Shown in pieces: positions 25,666 to 37,698 of a stretch of DNA of 64,000 nt (position 1 is its first letter; each line of letters begins with the position of its first letter). Source of the DNA: Rhodosorus marinus CCMP1338 (lineage: Eukaryota > Plantae > Rhodophyta). The DNA lies in the NCBI GenBank assembly GCA_029953675.1, contig JAMWBK010000008.1, positions 1,674,001 to 1,738,000 on the forward strand, read 5' to 3'. The translations under genes and the position numbers were made by a program. Under the pieces are notes generated by a model. That model searched no databases and had not been told where the DNA came from. It saw only the letters and a list, made by a program, of their open reading frames with translations.

Positions 25666-25840
25666 TATTTTCCCGCCAAGCTCAGGCGCGGAATTAATAC
25701 TGAACGGCGTCTACTGTATTCCTGGACTAGCTTGTAATCTACTTTCAGTTAGGATTTTCTTAGCCAAAGGGTTTTGACTCCATAGCGTAGGTCAAAACGA
25801 AATAATAATAAGTAAAGGAAACGTCTCAGTGATGGCCTGT
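25522..25840. repeat. Fold-back inverted repeat, ~155-bp arms and ~7-nt loop, Copia-derived
   Basis: 25522-25677 is the imperfect reverse complement of 25685-25840. Confidence 0.9.
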
Positions 25841-25844
25841 AAAC

Positions 25845-28390
25845 ATAGAGCGGACGACCAGTCGAGAGCAACGATTAAAGGCACTCCTAAAGTCTACCAA
25901 GAACAAACCGTAATCTGGCGAGCAGGTGAGATCCGAGCGAAGAAGTACTGATAGCAATGCACATCCACCACGATAGCCCGGGCCCAACTGCACGTGCCCA
26001 AAGAAACGACGGGGTTCGTGGACCAAAACTTTGACCAGCCACCGAGCTGCCAGTTTATGGATCACTTCCACCATGCCAATGGGCGAATGGCAGGAGTCGA
26101 AGCAGTGTGACCCGGCTTGGAGAGCAACCATAGCTGCGTCCATTCCACTAAAAAGAAATTCTGGGACCAAAACTGGACCAACCACCGAGCTGCCAGTTTA
26201 CGGACCACTTCCACCATGCCAATAGGTCGAAGGGCTGGAGTCGAAGCAGTGTGACCCGACTTGGAGAGCCAACATAGCTGCGTCCGTCCCAGTAAAAACC
26301 AGGCGGGATCACAAAAAGGATCGCCATTGATGATTCCCTCCAACACGGACGCAACCGCTTTCATACCGTCCTCACTCAAAATACGGAGGTATTCCACCCG
26401 CAAACCCGAGGGCCCAGGAGAACGACCCTTTGGAGCAGACTGGACAAGCTCACGCACCGCCTCCGAGGTGACCACCAGCCGCTCATCCTCATTGGACGGT
26501 ACTTGGAACGCCTCCAGACCGCGTCAAAAGACGGGTCCCACCAAGAGCCTGCTGCGGAAAAAGCGAGCGTTGCGGAGAAGCCATGTCGTCAGAATTCTCG
26601 AGCACAGGTTGCCGTTGCCGGAGGATACCGGCAGCACGCTGGAGATCACCGCCTGCCACAGCCTGACGCGCCGGTGTTGGCGACTAGACCTGAAATCTGA
26701 AGGGGGCCATGTAGAGAAGGAGGGGAGGGAAGCAAAGTACAGCGTTCGAGCTCTTCAGCTGGGCAGGCGGTTCTCCTGCGAAGCAACGACAAGAAGGCTG
26801 GTCAGGTTCGAGACGAGTAACGTGCGACGACGCTTCTCGGAATGGGTGCTAAATGAGCCTACGCGCAGCTCCACGAGCTGAGAGACTGCAGCGCCAGCCA
26901 CCAGAAGAGGTGACCCAGCCATCACAAAAGAGTGTGGCGAGGAGAAGTTTCACCACAAAAGCTCCGTAAACAAAGGCGAATACCCAATACAGAGTACCCC
27001 GACCAACTTCCACCACAACCCCAAAGGAAGGAGAGAAAGCCCGCAGACAAGCCACACACCCCTCAAAAGCCGAGGGAAAGACAACGGAGGGTTTCCACGA
27101 ACAAACACTACGACAACCAAAAACGAGCGCAACCTGACACCATAGACCTTCACACACCACAAACCGTACGAAACATTTTCGCATCCACTCCAAGTTTGAC
27201 TTTTCCCGATGCCCTAAGCTTTCCGCAATGCATGGCTGGAACCTGTGAGACCGGCCCTCTGGCGGAGAGCGGCAGAAGGGAGATGGGTACCGGACATGGG
27301 GCAAGTGCAAGCGAGGTCCACATATGCTGAGGGTCTGGCGGCTGCGTCAGATACCAGGAGATCTGCGTTGCGGAGGGTGTTCGAGCAGTACCGATTCCAC
27401 CTCGATCGTGTGGCCAAATCTTGTCAAGTGTTCGCTCAGGGGGGGGGGTGGAGGGGATATTCCAGGCGTGTGTATCTCTTCGTGTGATTACCTCGCAGCA
27501 GTCCACACGAGCCCAGGAAATGGTACCCACCTCCGTCGATACGGCTGGCACAACCTTGGTAGAAGGAACGGCGATTGGAATGTAAGGGGCCAGTGGCAAA
27601 CCCAGGTAGATGCGTACCGCGGTCCGGAAGTGAAAGGCGTACAGTCGTTGACCCGGCGGCGAGGGCAGAGTTGTTAGCCATACGTGGGATAGACGACCTC
27701 CCATGCCCCGTAGACGAGCCTCAGTGGTAGGCGGAGTAAGTGGAGAGTTGAGCAAGATTGCGAGAGCAGCACTGGGTTGGCCCCAAGTGAGGCTATGTTC
27801 GATCACATCATCGCATGAGCTCCACGACTGCTCATACCCGGGTAATCGGCCGCTGGGTGACCGGGGGCTGGCTTCCCCACCGTCGTCCAGCCAGCGATTA
27901 ACCGTAGATTCCACGACGACCTCATTGCGTCCCCATAGAATTTCCCTTCAGGAATCGAATTTTGATCGATTCTCTTCCGGCACTGCATTACCGACGAAAC
28001 GGCTGGTCGAGGCCGTCATAGACGCGCATTAGCGCACCTTGAAAGGTTGACTGGGTCATCGTTCGCCAGCGCCCAGTCAAAACGCAGGCAATCCCGAACC
28101 TAAATCCCACCAGGGTATGAAGAGCGGTGGCCCAGGAGGCTACGGTCGCAGTCGAGCGGACAGGACGCCGGTTACCAACTCCAAAGCCTTTCAGGCGCAA
28201 GGGTAGAGCCATCTGGGCAGTCTGAGGTCCCTATCAGGGGACGATGCCGAAGAAAATGGTTCGTCCAAGAGTGTGCCCCAATGTGTTAGCGTCGCCTCGT
28301 CCGCCTTAGCAGCAATTCACGCTCCCCATTGAGATGGAAGACTTGGCAGCCAATAGTTGACCCGCACAAAAAAAATTCGGGAAATCAGCA
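25845..28390 (-). mobile_element. CRE-like non-LTR retrotransposon family B, largest relic (RT pieces, Zn finger, RLE)
   Basis: RT N-terminal motifs RSPGPSGLRVEYL, LRPIGMVE, QLGPG..GG, VDFRSAFN (26475-25845). RT C-terminus ALPLRLKGFG, WLTTLP, FRTAVRIYLGL and RLE (ADLLV..YVDL, RFQPCIAESLG) at 28390-27170. ~140-bp internal direct duplication at 26041-26284. Confidence 0.85.
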
Positions 28391-28414
28391 ATTTACAACA
28401 CTGGATGGATTGGC

Positions 28415-28870
28415 TGGTGGTGGTTTTACTGGCTTTATTAGCACAGCCTACAGCGCTACGCAAACCGAGAAAAGGAACTAAGAACTAGGTAGGGAAGCGT
28501 GCAAACCCAGGCGCCGATGGCGCGCCTCGGCAAGCATGCTGCTCGAACATCGCCACAAGAGACACTTAAGCGCCGCGAAAGTTCCAAGTATTCAACAGGA
28601 TGCTCAGTGAAACATTTCCGCAACCACTCCAAACCCGACTTCTCCACGTGACCAAAGCTTTCCACAATGAAAGGCTGGAACCGGTGGTTTTACTAACATA
28701 GCCTGATGCGCTGCGCAAGACGTAAAAGGAAACTGGCGACTAGGGAGATAAGCACGTAAGCCCAGGCGGCGGTGGCGCGCCTCGGCAAGCATGTTCCTAG
28801 AATACCTCCAGAGAGCGACACTTCAACGGCGGAGGAGCACCAGCTATTCTTCAGGATGTTTGGTGAAACA
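28415..28870 (-). mobile_element. CRE-like family B tandem 3' fragments
   Basis: ESFGHVEKSGLEWLRKCF...CTLPYLVLSSFSR; termini at ~28420 and ~28685. Confidence 0.8.
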
Positions 28871-29149
28871 AAGCTGCTCCTATGGAATCCAGGTGCCCAT
28901 TACAGAAGCAGCGGTTTGAGCACATTTCCTTATCCACACACCCAATACAGGTGGATTACGGGCTCCTCGAATGGTTCCAAAAATGTCCGATCAAATCGCA
29001 GCCGCACTCATCCGATACACAGCCGGAGAGCTGCGCTCCGTTGGTAGAGAGTGAGGAAGCTCGGATTACGTCCAAGCTTGTGGATGGGCCGGAAAAGGAC
29101 GGTTGCAAATACCATATTTGTGTCAATTGCCTAATTCACTTTGCAGGTT

Positions 29150-31513
29150 CTAAACGACTCTAAGAGCGCTGACAATTACATGGTCGAAGTTATTGTTCCT
29201 CCGAACCAGTCCTGAGACAGGATTCCTTATGTCATCGAAGAAGATGATCCCGTACAGGTAGCTCGAGTATGGACCGACAACTACGCTTGCAATCTTGACA
29301 GCCTTTGAATTCGCTAGGGAAATCACCGAATAACTGCCACTGGCTCCATAGCAGGTGACCGCGCGGATGCTTAAATAGTCACAGTTGTCAAATTGCATTT
29401 GTCCAGCGTACCCAAAGTCAGAGTCGTAGATTTTCACCCTGTATATTACAGCTGCTTCCGCATTTTTCATGTACACCGCCCTACGACTGGAGCTGACTGT
29501 CAAGGAATCGATTGAAATCTCAGTCAAAGTCTCAGCTTCGCCTCCGACAAGAACAGCCGTGGTGACTTCGGTGATCTCCAGGTTCACCAGGGCTATTCGA
29601 TTTGGTAGGTCAACAACCCCACTGTGGGCAACAATAACTCCGTCTTTGCAGCCACGGGCGAAGAGTCCATCCACAAAAACGTTCACGACACCATTCTCGA
29701 GTCTAAGCGCGTGCTCCTGACTCATTGAGCCAGTAAGCGCAGCAACGTCCTCGACAATCACGTTTTTCGTGCCCTTGTTGCTGACTTCGTTACCCTGAAC
29801 TGTCATCAGACCTGCACGATTGTTTTGGCCTCTGATTCTCCTCAGCGTCACCCCGTTGATTTCCTTGTTCGTCGGAGCAACCCGGATCCCCAAGCCAGGA
29901 GAGTTTGCAAAGGAACAATCTTGCACTGTACAAAGTGAGCGCTCAATGAGCAGAAGGTCCGTAGATGGGAGCGCTTGGTCGATATCCCGTATTCGAAGTC
30001 CTTTCAAGTCGCAGTTTTCCAATATGACCATTTCAGATCTCACGATCACTGGAATTTTGCCTGCGTCCCATTGGATAATGTTGACCCCAGAGAGTGTAAG
30101 CGGTTTGTCGATAACGACGCTCGTTACGTTAAAGAGACAGTCTGGACGAGGGCCTACGAGCTTGACATACGGATCGGCGGCCAAGATCTGACCTTCCAGA
30201 GGCAATTCACATTCAAGGACGATGACGGGGGCGCTCCCTACGACTGGGGCAGGCGTCGGCGATGGTGTCGGTGTCATCGGTCGCGTAGGCAGCGGTGTAC
30301 CTGTTGGCTTTGGCGTTGGCTTTGGCGTTGGTTTTGGCGTTGGTGTCGGGGACACGAAGAGTATCTTATCATCACTGCTAGCTCTCGCGAGCAGCGACTC
30401 TTCCACCACCAGTTCCGTCCTGTCCAGACCGAAATCGACCTTGAACTGGATCCCGTGACGGGCGGTCAAGTCCTCGCCGAGCACTACGGATTTCAACTTG
30501 ACGTTTCGACACTGATCAAACTCCAGCGCGGCTTTCCTGGCTTCTCCCCTCGACATGTACAAGTCTCTCATCCTGATCCCGTCAACGTTACGGAAGGAGG
30601 CAATACTTCTAGTTTTCCTGAGGTTGGACGCGCGGATGTCTTGGAGCCGTATGAGCACTATGTTCCTCATGTATAGCGCCCAATACGTATGTTCAGCGTT
30701 TATCCTGGTGATCGTGATGTTGCTGTGTATAACCGCCGGGTCCGTCTGACAATTGATACCAAAGCTGCAGTTCTTCACGAAGACGTTGGATATCGTAATG
30801 TTCTTGTTGCCGTGATCCAGCTCCTTGTGATCTTGGATTGCAACGCCGTACATGGCATTTTCAGAGTAAACATTGCGAACGATGACGTTCTCTACCCCGT
30901 CACTGACTTCCACGGCACCTCTGGCGCCGGACCTGTACGATCTGATGTTGTCGACGACGATGTTTCTGGTCCTTGGACCGCTGTTCTTTGCAGTGGAGAT
31001 TGAGACCGTCTCCCGACCATTCCGAATTCCCAGAATGTCTCTTATAACGCCGCCGTCTATATCCTCCGTTCTTCCAGTCCCCACAACGCTGATGCCGTCC
31101 CGTGAGGAGTTAATCACCTGCCCCCGTTCCAAATGGAAGTGACTGGCCCGAATCACGACCATGGACTGTCTGAGCTTGTCAAAAATCGACCCTCGGTTCC
31201 CAGTAAGAACGAAGTCGTACATGCTGAACCGGTCCCCGTTCACCAGGAAGACGGACCTCGCGTACCCAGCCTGCACACGAACGTGTACGCCTCGGAGGGT
31301 TATACCCGGTTCGAAGATTCTTATAGTCTGGAAAACAGCCCACTCACACCCTCCTGCGGGCGCAAGCAGCTCCGAATCCGCAGGTGCTGAGGTAATCTGA
31401 TTCCTCAGTGGCTTTCTGCAATCCAACACGATCGGATCTGCCCCAAGACTGATCCCAACGCACTGCCCGAAGGCCAGGAGGACTACAAACCGCAACGTAT
31501 TCATATTGTCCAT
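29150..31513 (-). CDS. Paralogous secreted double beta-helix protein
   Basis: Colinear with 18891-21242 (DPIVLDCR, RDGI, GAVEVSDGV, IQDH, DPYVKLVGP, QHAL/EHAL). ATG at 31513 or 31504; signal peptide. Confidence 0.85.
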   Translation of the reverse strand: MDNMNTLRFVVLLAFGQCVGISLGADPIVLDCRKPLRNQITSAPADSELLAPAGGCEWAVFQTIRIFEPGITLRGVHVRVQAGYARSVFLVNGDRFSMYDFVLTGNRGSIFDKLRQSMVVIRASHFHLERGQVINSSRDGISVVGTGRTEDIDGGVIRDILGIRNGRETVSISTAKNSGPRTRNIVVDNIRSYRSGARGAVEVSDGVENVIVRNVYSENAMYGVAIQDHKELDHGNKNITISNVFVKNCSFGINCQTDPAVIHSNITITRINAEHTYWALYMRNIVLIRLQDIRASNLRKTRSIASFRNVDGIRMRDLYMSRGEARKAALEFDQCRNVKLKSVVLGEDLTARHGIQFKVDFGLDRTELVVEESLLARASSDDKILFVSPTPTPKPTPKPTPKPTGTPLPTRPMTPTPSPTPAPVVGSAPVIVLECELPLEGQILAADPYVKLVGPRPDCLFNVTSVVIDKPLTLSGVNIIQWDAGKIPVIVRSEMVILENCDLKGLRIRDIDQALPSTDLLLIERSLCTVQDCSFANSPGLGIRVAPTNKEINGVTLRRIRGQNNRAGLMTVQGNEVSNKGTKNVIVEDVAALTGSMSQEHALRLENGVVNVFVDGLFARGCKDGVIVAHSGVVDLPNRIALVNLEITEVTTAVLVGGEAETLTEISIDSLTVSSSRRAVYMKNAEAAVIYRVKIYDSDFGYAGQMQFDNCDYLSIRAVTCYGASGSYSVISLANSKAVKIASVVVGPYSSYLYGIIFFDDIRNPVSGLVRRNNNFDHVIVSALRVV

Positions 31514-32629
31514 TCTTCCCTTCCTAAAGAAGAATCCGCCGCAACTCAAAAACCCCAGAAAATTGTTCAATCAAGAATCAAGCAGAGAAGTCTCATCTCC
31601 CTACCAACCCACGATCGCTCCACACCCTTCCCTCCCCATCCAATCTCACACGACCCGCAAACGCACATAATACCGGACCTGTCTCACACGCACTCTCTCC
31701 CTTTTCAACCCCCGCTTCCTACTCCCTCACATCCAGACCTGTTTATATCTCTCCAGCAAACCGCTCCATCGCAACCATCTGGTTCCTGTTTCTATTGTTT
31801 TCTTGTTTTCTTTCCGAACCCAACATGATTGCCCACTAATTTTATTTTTTTTTGGTTTCACAAGGCTGGAACCTCCCTGGTTAGGGAAACCTCTTCATCC
31901 TCAAACCACGCTCTTGAACATCAAGAAAACCAAAACCTACTATGTCCGCACCCCCCCCTCCCGGACTCCCAAACGTTTGGATGAATTCCCTTGCAAACAC
32001 ACTAAAAACAATCAAATCGAAAAAGGACACATGGTGAAGGCAGAGGCGCTGATTGTGTCCGGAGTAGACGTAGCACTTTTGTTGTCGGTAAATTCAGAAG
32101 CACTAAATGTTTGTTTGTTTTTTCTCGCTTCTTGTTCAGTGAAACCTACATTCCTACTAGAGTTTTGGAAATAATTTGTGGAAACGAAATTCATAATCCT
32201 TTTTTTACTTCTTTGGTGTACAAAAAGTTTCATAATTTCATATTCGGTACATTCCCGCGTTTCGTCCGCTGGAGCTGAACCTGTTTCTTGTTTGTTTTTC
32301 ATAGAAATTGTCCGATGTATTTTCACCCCTCAAAAGTATTTGGAAGCAAAACCCCGAAAAGAAATTGAGGCTCCACGTTCATGTTTGCACACCTTTTTTA
32401 TCTCGCCAGCATGCGTTTTCGGTTTTCCTGTGAAACTAACAAACCCGGATGGGTGTCCTGCGTTTTGGGTTGCATTCTCTTGGCATATTTGGTAGTGCTT
32501 TTTCGGGGGGCGGGTTTGGAATTGGTGTGAGGTTTAGAAGATGGGAATCAAAAGAGCTCTGTGACACTGCTACGTCAAGTAGCTGAGGTTAAAGCGGACG
32601 ATAGTTCCACACACTACTACTATGGGGGG

Positions 32630-34420
32630 AAAAAACGGTTTGGACTTGTCTGGGTTCAAAACACGGTTCTACGGCTCTGTGTTCGTAAAACCACATGGAG
32701 GGCAAAACTCGAAACGAGGAGGAGAGCGGAGAAAAACAACGAATTTACAGAATGCCAATTACAATTCATGATTGTCGATTTTAATAGTTTAGATTGTTTT
32801 CTATATATTGCGCTGAATATTTTGCCCATCCGTTGATGCGTTTCCCCTCTGAAGTGGCGGCGGAAAAAGGTTTCACCCCCATTCCGCTGAGTATCCGATA
32901 GACTCCTCCTGACGGAGCTGGCACTGTGCGTCCCGATCGCCTCCTCCTTGCCCAATAACTCATTCGTTCGGCATCCGGGGGGAGGAGGGAGGGGGAAGCT
33001 AGTTTGTGCGAAAAGGTGGCTATTTTTTCCTTTACTTTTGTTTCTCCTTCGCACCGATAGAGACGTGGAGTTCTTTCGCGAACGAACTTGTGCTCTAGAC
33101 TACTTTTTATCCAGGGAGGGGAAAGGACTTTGGGCTTGTCTGGGTTCAAAACAAGCTACTAATCGGAACTGGGGAGTGTGCCCACCCGGCTCCCGATCTC
33201 CCTTGCCGAATGACACAATCCGATCGGCATTTTTGATGCCAAAATGGTGGTTGGACTAAAACCCTATATCCAAAAACTAAAATATAAAGAACGTCATAGA
33301 AAATTCAACGTCTTTGCGTGGGCCCTCATTTATTCCTTTCATTGAAAATAATTACCAAAGAGTTTATTTACAAAATTGTTATTATTCAGTTCGTGATATC
33401 CTGTAACGTCAACGATTAATTCAAAAAAAAAGGAGGAAACTGTCCATTTTGCTGCTGTTCGGGCGTTGATATAAGACATTTTTATTTCGTCTATATGATA
33501 AATGAACCAGCCTAGTTTTTATTTTCAAAAACATGGATCTACGCTAGGTCTGATACCTGATAGTTTTGATAGAAAACCCCATTTACGTTATTTCTTTTGT
33601 ATATTATTGTAAGAATGGTTTTGGAAGAGATAATTTTGAAAGAATTGTCCAATGCCTTAAAAACGAAACCCCATGCAAAAACATGCAAGTTCAATGTAAT
33701 TTCACGCGCTTCATTGTCAAGGGCTAAACCAAACTGATGGCAAGGAGAAAAAGATTGCTATGGCGAAAAATTAAATTTTTAAAAAATTGGTTTCTTTCCG
33801 GACTCTCCCCTCCCTCCGTGTTCCGAGTTTTGCTTGAATGGAGTGGTTGGTTTTTACGAACAAGTCGTCCATAAAGCGGCCCATGCACTTGATGTGAAAC
33901 CTATTCAACAATAATATAGAATACAATCTAGATTGCTAAAATCGAACGTTATAAATTGTATTTGATATTTTGTAAATTCGGAATTTTCTCAAAAGGGCTT
34001 CCGCCATGTTTCGAGTTTTGCCCTCCAGGTGGTGATTTTTTGAACACATGGACCTGAAAAGCTACTCCCTCAGGACGGAAAGTGAACCACTACAAAACGC
34101 CAACAAAAAAAGAAGCCAGGCAAACGGTGACGTGCCTGCCTCGACGAACACCATCCGGCGAAGATATCGTCTGAGAGCAATCGGCAAGAGGAGTATCGGA
34201 TCCGCTAGACTGGACGGTGTGAAACCTTTTTACCGGCGCCCACTTCAAGCACTAACGATGTTTAGATGTGAAACGGTTGCACAAAAAAATACCATCCATT
34301 GTTGATGCGGATGGGGAAAGTATTCAACAATATATAGAAAACAATCTAAATTATTAAAATCGAAAGTCGTGAATTGTACTTGACATTTTTTGTAAATTCG
34401 AAAACATTTTCTCGGCCCTC
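32630..34420. repeat. Large imperfect inverted repeat built of tandem subunits (Foldback/MULE-like)
   Basis: 32745-32960 is the reverse complement of 34170-34400, and 32640-32750 of 33970-34050. Subunit ATATAGAA.ACAATCTA.ATT..TAAAATCGAA occurs at ~33915 and ~34330. Confidence 0.6.
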
Positions 34421-34599
34421 TTCCGTGCCGCATTAAATAAATTCATTCAATAAGGAACTGGAGCAAGAAACTCGAATATAGTACTTGCGGCCAGAATCTG
34501 ATATAAGTCCAGACGTGAAGAACAGTTGAGTGTTCCTTGCAGATACGGCATGACTCTTTTCTCCTTGTCGCATTCACCGACATGCCCTATAATTACTCA

Positions 34600-35350
34600 T
34601 CTTCCTCGCCAGGACGCACGCCCGGAGCCTCTCGGTATATCCATGGCGCTCTCCTGCAGCCGGCAAATAGCCACCATCCTGAGGATTAGGAACAGCAAGA
34701 TCAACGCCGTACGACACACGTCGTACGGCGGCAATCGTCACAGGTGACCACGAGGTCAGCCACGCGGCGATCATCATTCTGGTCGTCTGCGACAGCAGGG
34801 GCTTCTCACATTCAATTTCAAGACCGGTTTGCCGTACGATTGGCCGAAGTTCGCGGCATAACGGATTCAAGATCCGCGTATGTCGGCAGGTCGGGCGCCC
34901 TTCACAGCAGGGCAACTGGCGAGCAGGTGGGCGACAAAATCCGCGGTATATTCCTTCTGAGAGCATAGAGGGCACGGCGAAGCCATCTCGGAAGGCCAGG
35001 GCGGCTGATGCAAGCCGGGGTATAAGCGCAGAGAAGTGCGCACCTCGAAATCGGTGATTGGGAGTGGCGGAAAAGCGGGGACGGTCATGAGCCACTGAGA
35101 GCTAATACACCCTCCAAGACTACGCAGACGGGCGGGATCTCGGAAAGATGAGACCATCTGCGCGAGAAGTCGGCCGTATGCGACACGGTGCAAGTCCCAA
35201 GAAAGGGTGTTGCGTCCGTGCGTGCGGAGACGCGACTCCCAGAACCCGGTCCATTATCAGGAGGATCACGAGGGACCTCTGTTTCCTCAGAAACCACGGG
35301 ATCGCGGCAGGGAAAGGACCGGCGGCTGTTCGGGTCGCGGGGCCGCGAGC
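34600..35350 (-). mobile_element. CRE-like family A, longest copy (pre-Zn finger region, CCHC, RLE start)
   Basis: QWLMTVP..DFEVRTSLRLYPGL..CPLC..HLLASC..RHTRILN..RVADLVV. Confidence 0.82.
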
Positions 35351-35357
35351 ACGTGAA

Positions 35358-36774
35358 AAAAAGAACCCTAGATTTTGATCACAAGCAACCGCTCCGTAAC
35401 GCATAACATTCAATAGCTGCGATCTTAAGTGTCCTTCTTGCTTATCGCATATACAGGACTTCGGAGGGGTCATCCAGACTCTGAGATTGATGTCACAAAG
35501 CATCGGCATTGCGGGGCATAAGAACTCTCCAACCCCATTCTTAGGTACACATGTCTTGAAGCTACCAAATAATGAAGCTGCTGGTCATGTGGCTCGAACA
35601 GCCAGTCCAGTGGGCCAGTTCCGAGAGCAAATCCCCCGCGGCTAAGGAATACGAAGAGCACAAAGAACTCGTCTCGAAAATAAGGACGGTTGAACCCCGC
35701 CACTGGGTTAACTCAAGAAGACACTGAAACGAGACCAACCCTATATTCGATCCCCAAAGTACTCACGCTACCAGAGGACACGAGAAAACTCCCTTCGGCA
35801 TGCGCTTGTTCTACTCCTACTTGGAGTCCTTGCCACCTTTGAACGCGGACGTCTCAGCCTTGCAAGCAAGTTTAACCTTCCAGCAATATCCGGTTGAACT
35901 AAATTATGCTCGGGCTGTGCCAGAATCTATTGAGGTACAACACTTATTCTAGGCTCGGCAGTATTGCACATCCCGATGAAGGGTATAAATCTGACAAAGT
36001 AGGTGTTTCGCCTGTCATGTCTCTTGTTGCTTTATCTTAGAGTCTCCCTCGCTAGGATGACAAATGATCTTGGCTTATATAGGCAGCAGACTTGGTTAAC
36101 CCTAATGCTTCGAAGTCACTCCATGGTCTATATGTGTGTGTCCCAATTCAACAGATTAGTTTCCATTCTCGAGCCTGCACGCTCATTTGTCAGCCACCAA
36201 CAAGTTTCAGGGCCATGTGCTGGGATGGCAATTGTATCAGCAACTCTGTAAAGTGTTCATGGTGAAGGGAGTCGCTTCGACTGTACACGTTTGCTAACAA
36301 TAAATACGATGGAATCGCCGATGCTTTCGAGGTTATCTTGAAGCAAGAGAAGAAACAAGTAAGACAAAAGAACCAGAGGTCTGAACGGAAAGTTAGTTTT
36401 GGGATAAACTACCTAATTGGGGAGTAATTAGGAGGAAGGAAGTAAGCCTCGCATTCTGGAATAATCGAGGCAGTCCCAGGTAGACACCTGGGATGTATAA
36501 TCTTCAACACGTGCTTGCCAGCCTGTCGAGTCTAGAAGTAATCATGATTCATTACATGATATTGGTATTTAGTCGGGAGGAGAAGTAATGATGATACATG
36601 ATATGCGAACCATGCCATGAAGTAATCATGATTCAATACCTGGACTGAAGATGATTGATTACTTGACTAACGATGATTGAATATGGGACGATTTATCGGT
36701 CCTGACTTATCGGACGTGAAATCGGACTTTCTTTTTTTCCGGTAACGTTTATCGGACGGCACATGACAACAATA
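35358..36774 (+). mobile_element. Partial hAT-like copy H3 (internal part, right end, empty LTR target site)
   Basis: 35358-35830 matches H1 48468-48945. Contains GCCAGCCTGTCGAGTCTAGAAG-TAATCATGATTC uninterrupted. Right TIR ATGACAACAATA at 36763-36774. Confidence 0.7.
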
Positions 36775-36974
36775 GTTTACCGAACCCGAATACGAAAGAA
36801 AACATAGTTATCGTCCGATGAATGCTCCGATAACCGATTGCGGCCAATATTTTTCAATGAATTTTTCATCTTTTTCGTGCTGGTTGATTGACTTGACTAA
36901 GGTTTGATCACACTACGCGAGGTTATTAATACCTTTTTCTGTGGGATCACAACGGTAGCTTTGGTAGCTCAAGC

Positions 36975-37355
36975 TGAATGAGTTTGTTTAATCGGACGCT
37001 GAAAGAAAAAAACCCGGAGGGGAAAAAAAAGACGAAGCGCGGCGAAGATCGCGCGCCTCTAACATCAAAGCGGCGTTCATACGCCACAGCAAGAAACTTA
37101 AACGGTTGACACATCCCAGCGCACAAGTTGGGATGGATTGGCTAGGGAAGACTGGCTTGGTTGGCAGGGTTGACAGACGGTCAGGGCGTTCGCGGAACAA
37201 TTCCCGAAGTCAACGAGAACCAACGGAATCCAAAACCGAAAGCACTCAATGACCAGAGGTACCAGGCGATGAGCTAGGGCCGAAGCACGAATTCTCGCTT
37301 CTCAGGGTAGTTCGCCTCTGAATACCTGGGAAGGAAAAGGCCCCCTGCATATTTC
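36975..37355 (-). mobile_element. CRE-like family A 3' fragment cut by hAT H2, containing a ~30-bp family C tail at ~37292-37323
   Basis: Family A terminus at ~36980; TTCTCGCTTCTCAGGGTAGTTCGCCTCTGAATA inserted in the opposite orientation. Confidence 0.72.
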
Positions 37356-37626
37356 AGACAGCTAGGGTTGTCATCCGTCAGGCTACGTTTATCGGAATGT
37401 CCCATAACTTTTGAAGTGGATAGACTATTGCAAAACAGTACAGAAAGGGGATGTTCAATAGAAACTCTTCGACAAAAGAGGTCAGATAAATCGTCCGATA
37501 TTCAATCAACGTTAGTCTAGTAATCAATCATCTCCGATCCAAGTATTGAATCATGATTACTTTTGGGTTGACGAGCTCTCGCTCGAATATCATGAATCAT
37601 GATTATTTCTCGAATTGCGTAGCTCC

Positions 37627-37693
37627 ATTTTAGAACTCTTCGGGGGAGGTTCTCACACTCCTTATGACACTCTTCGGGGGAGGTTCTCACACT
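37627..37693 (-). mobile_element. Tandem ~30-bp mini solo-LTR remnants of LTR family 1
   Basis: Minus strand TGTGAGAACCTCCCCCGAAGAGTTCTAAAA equals LTR1 start fused to LTR1 end (AAAGAGTTCTAACA), followed by TGGAG. A second unit ends GTGTCA. Confidence 0.7.
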
Positions 37694-37698
37694 CCCCA

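Noticed and set aside
26261-26881. 206-aa plus-strand ORF, and similar ORFs 27324-28032
   Set aside because: Antisense to GC-rich CRE coding sequence, with no recognisable motifs.
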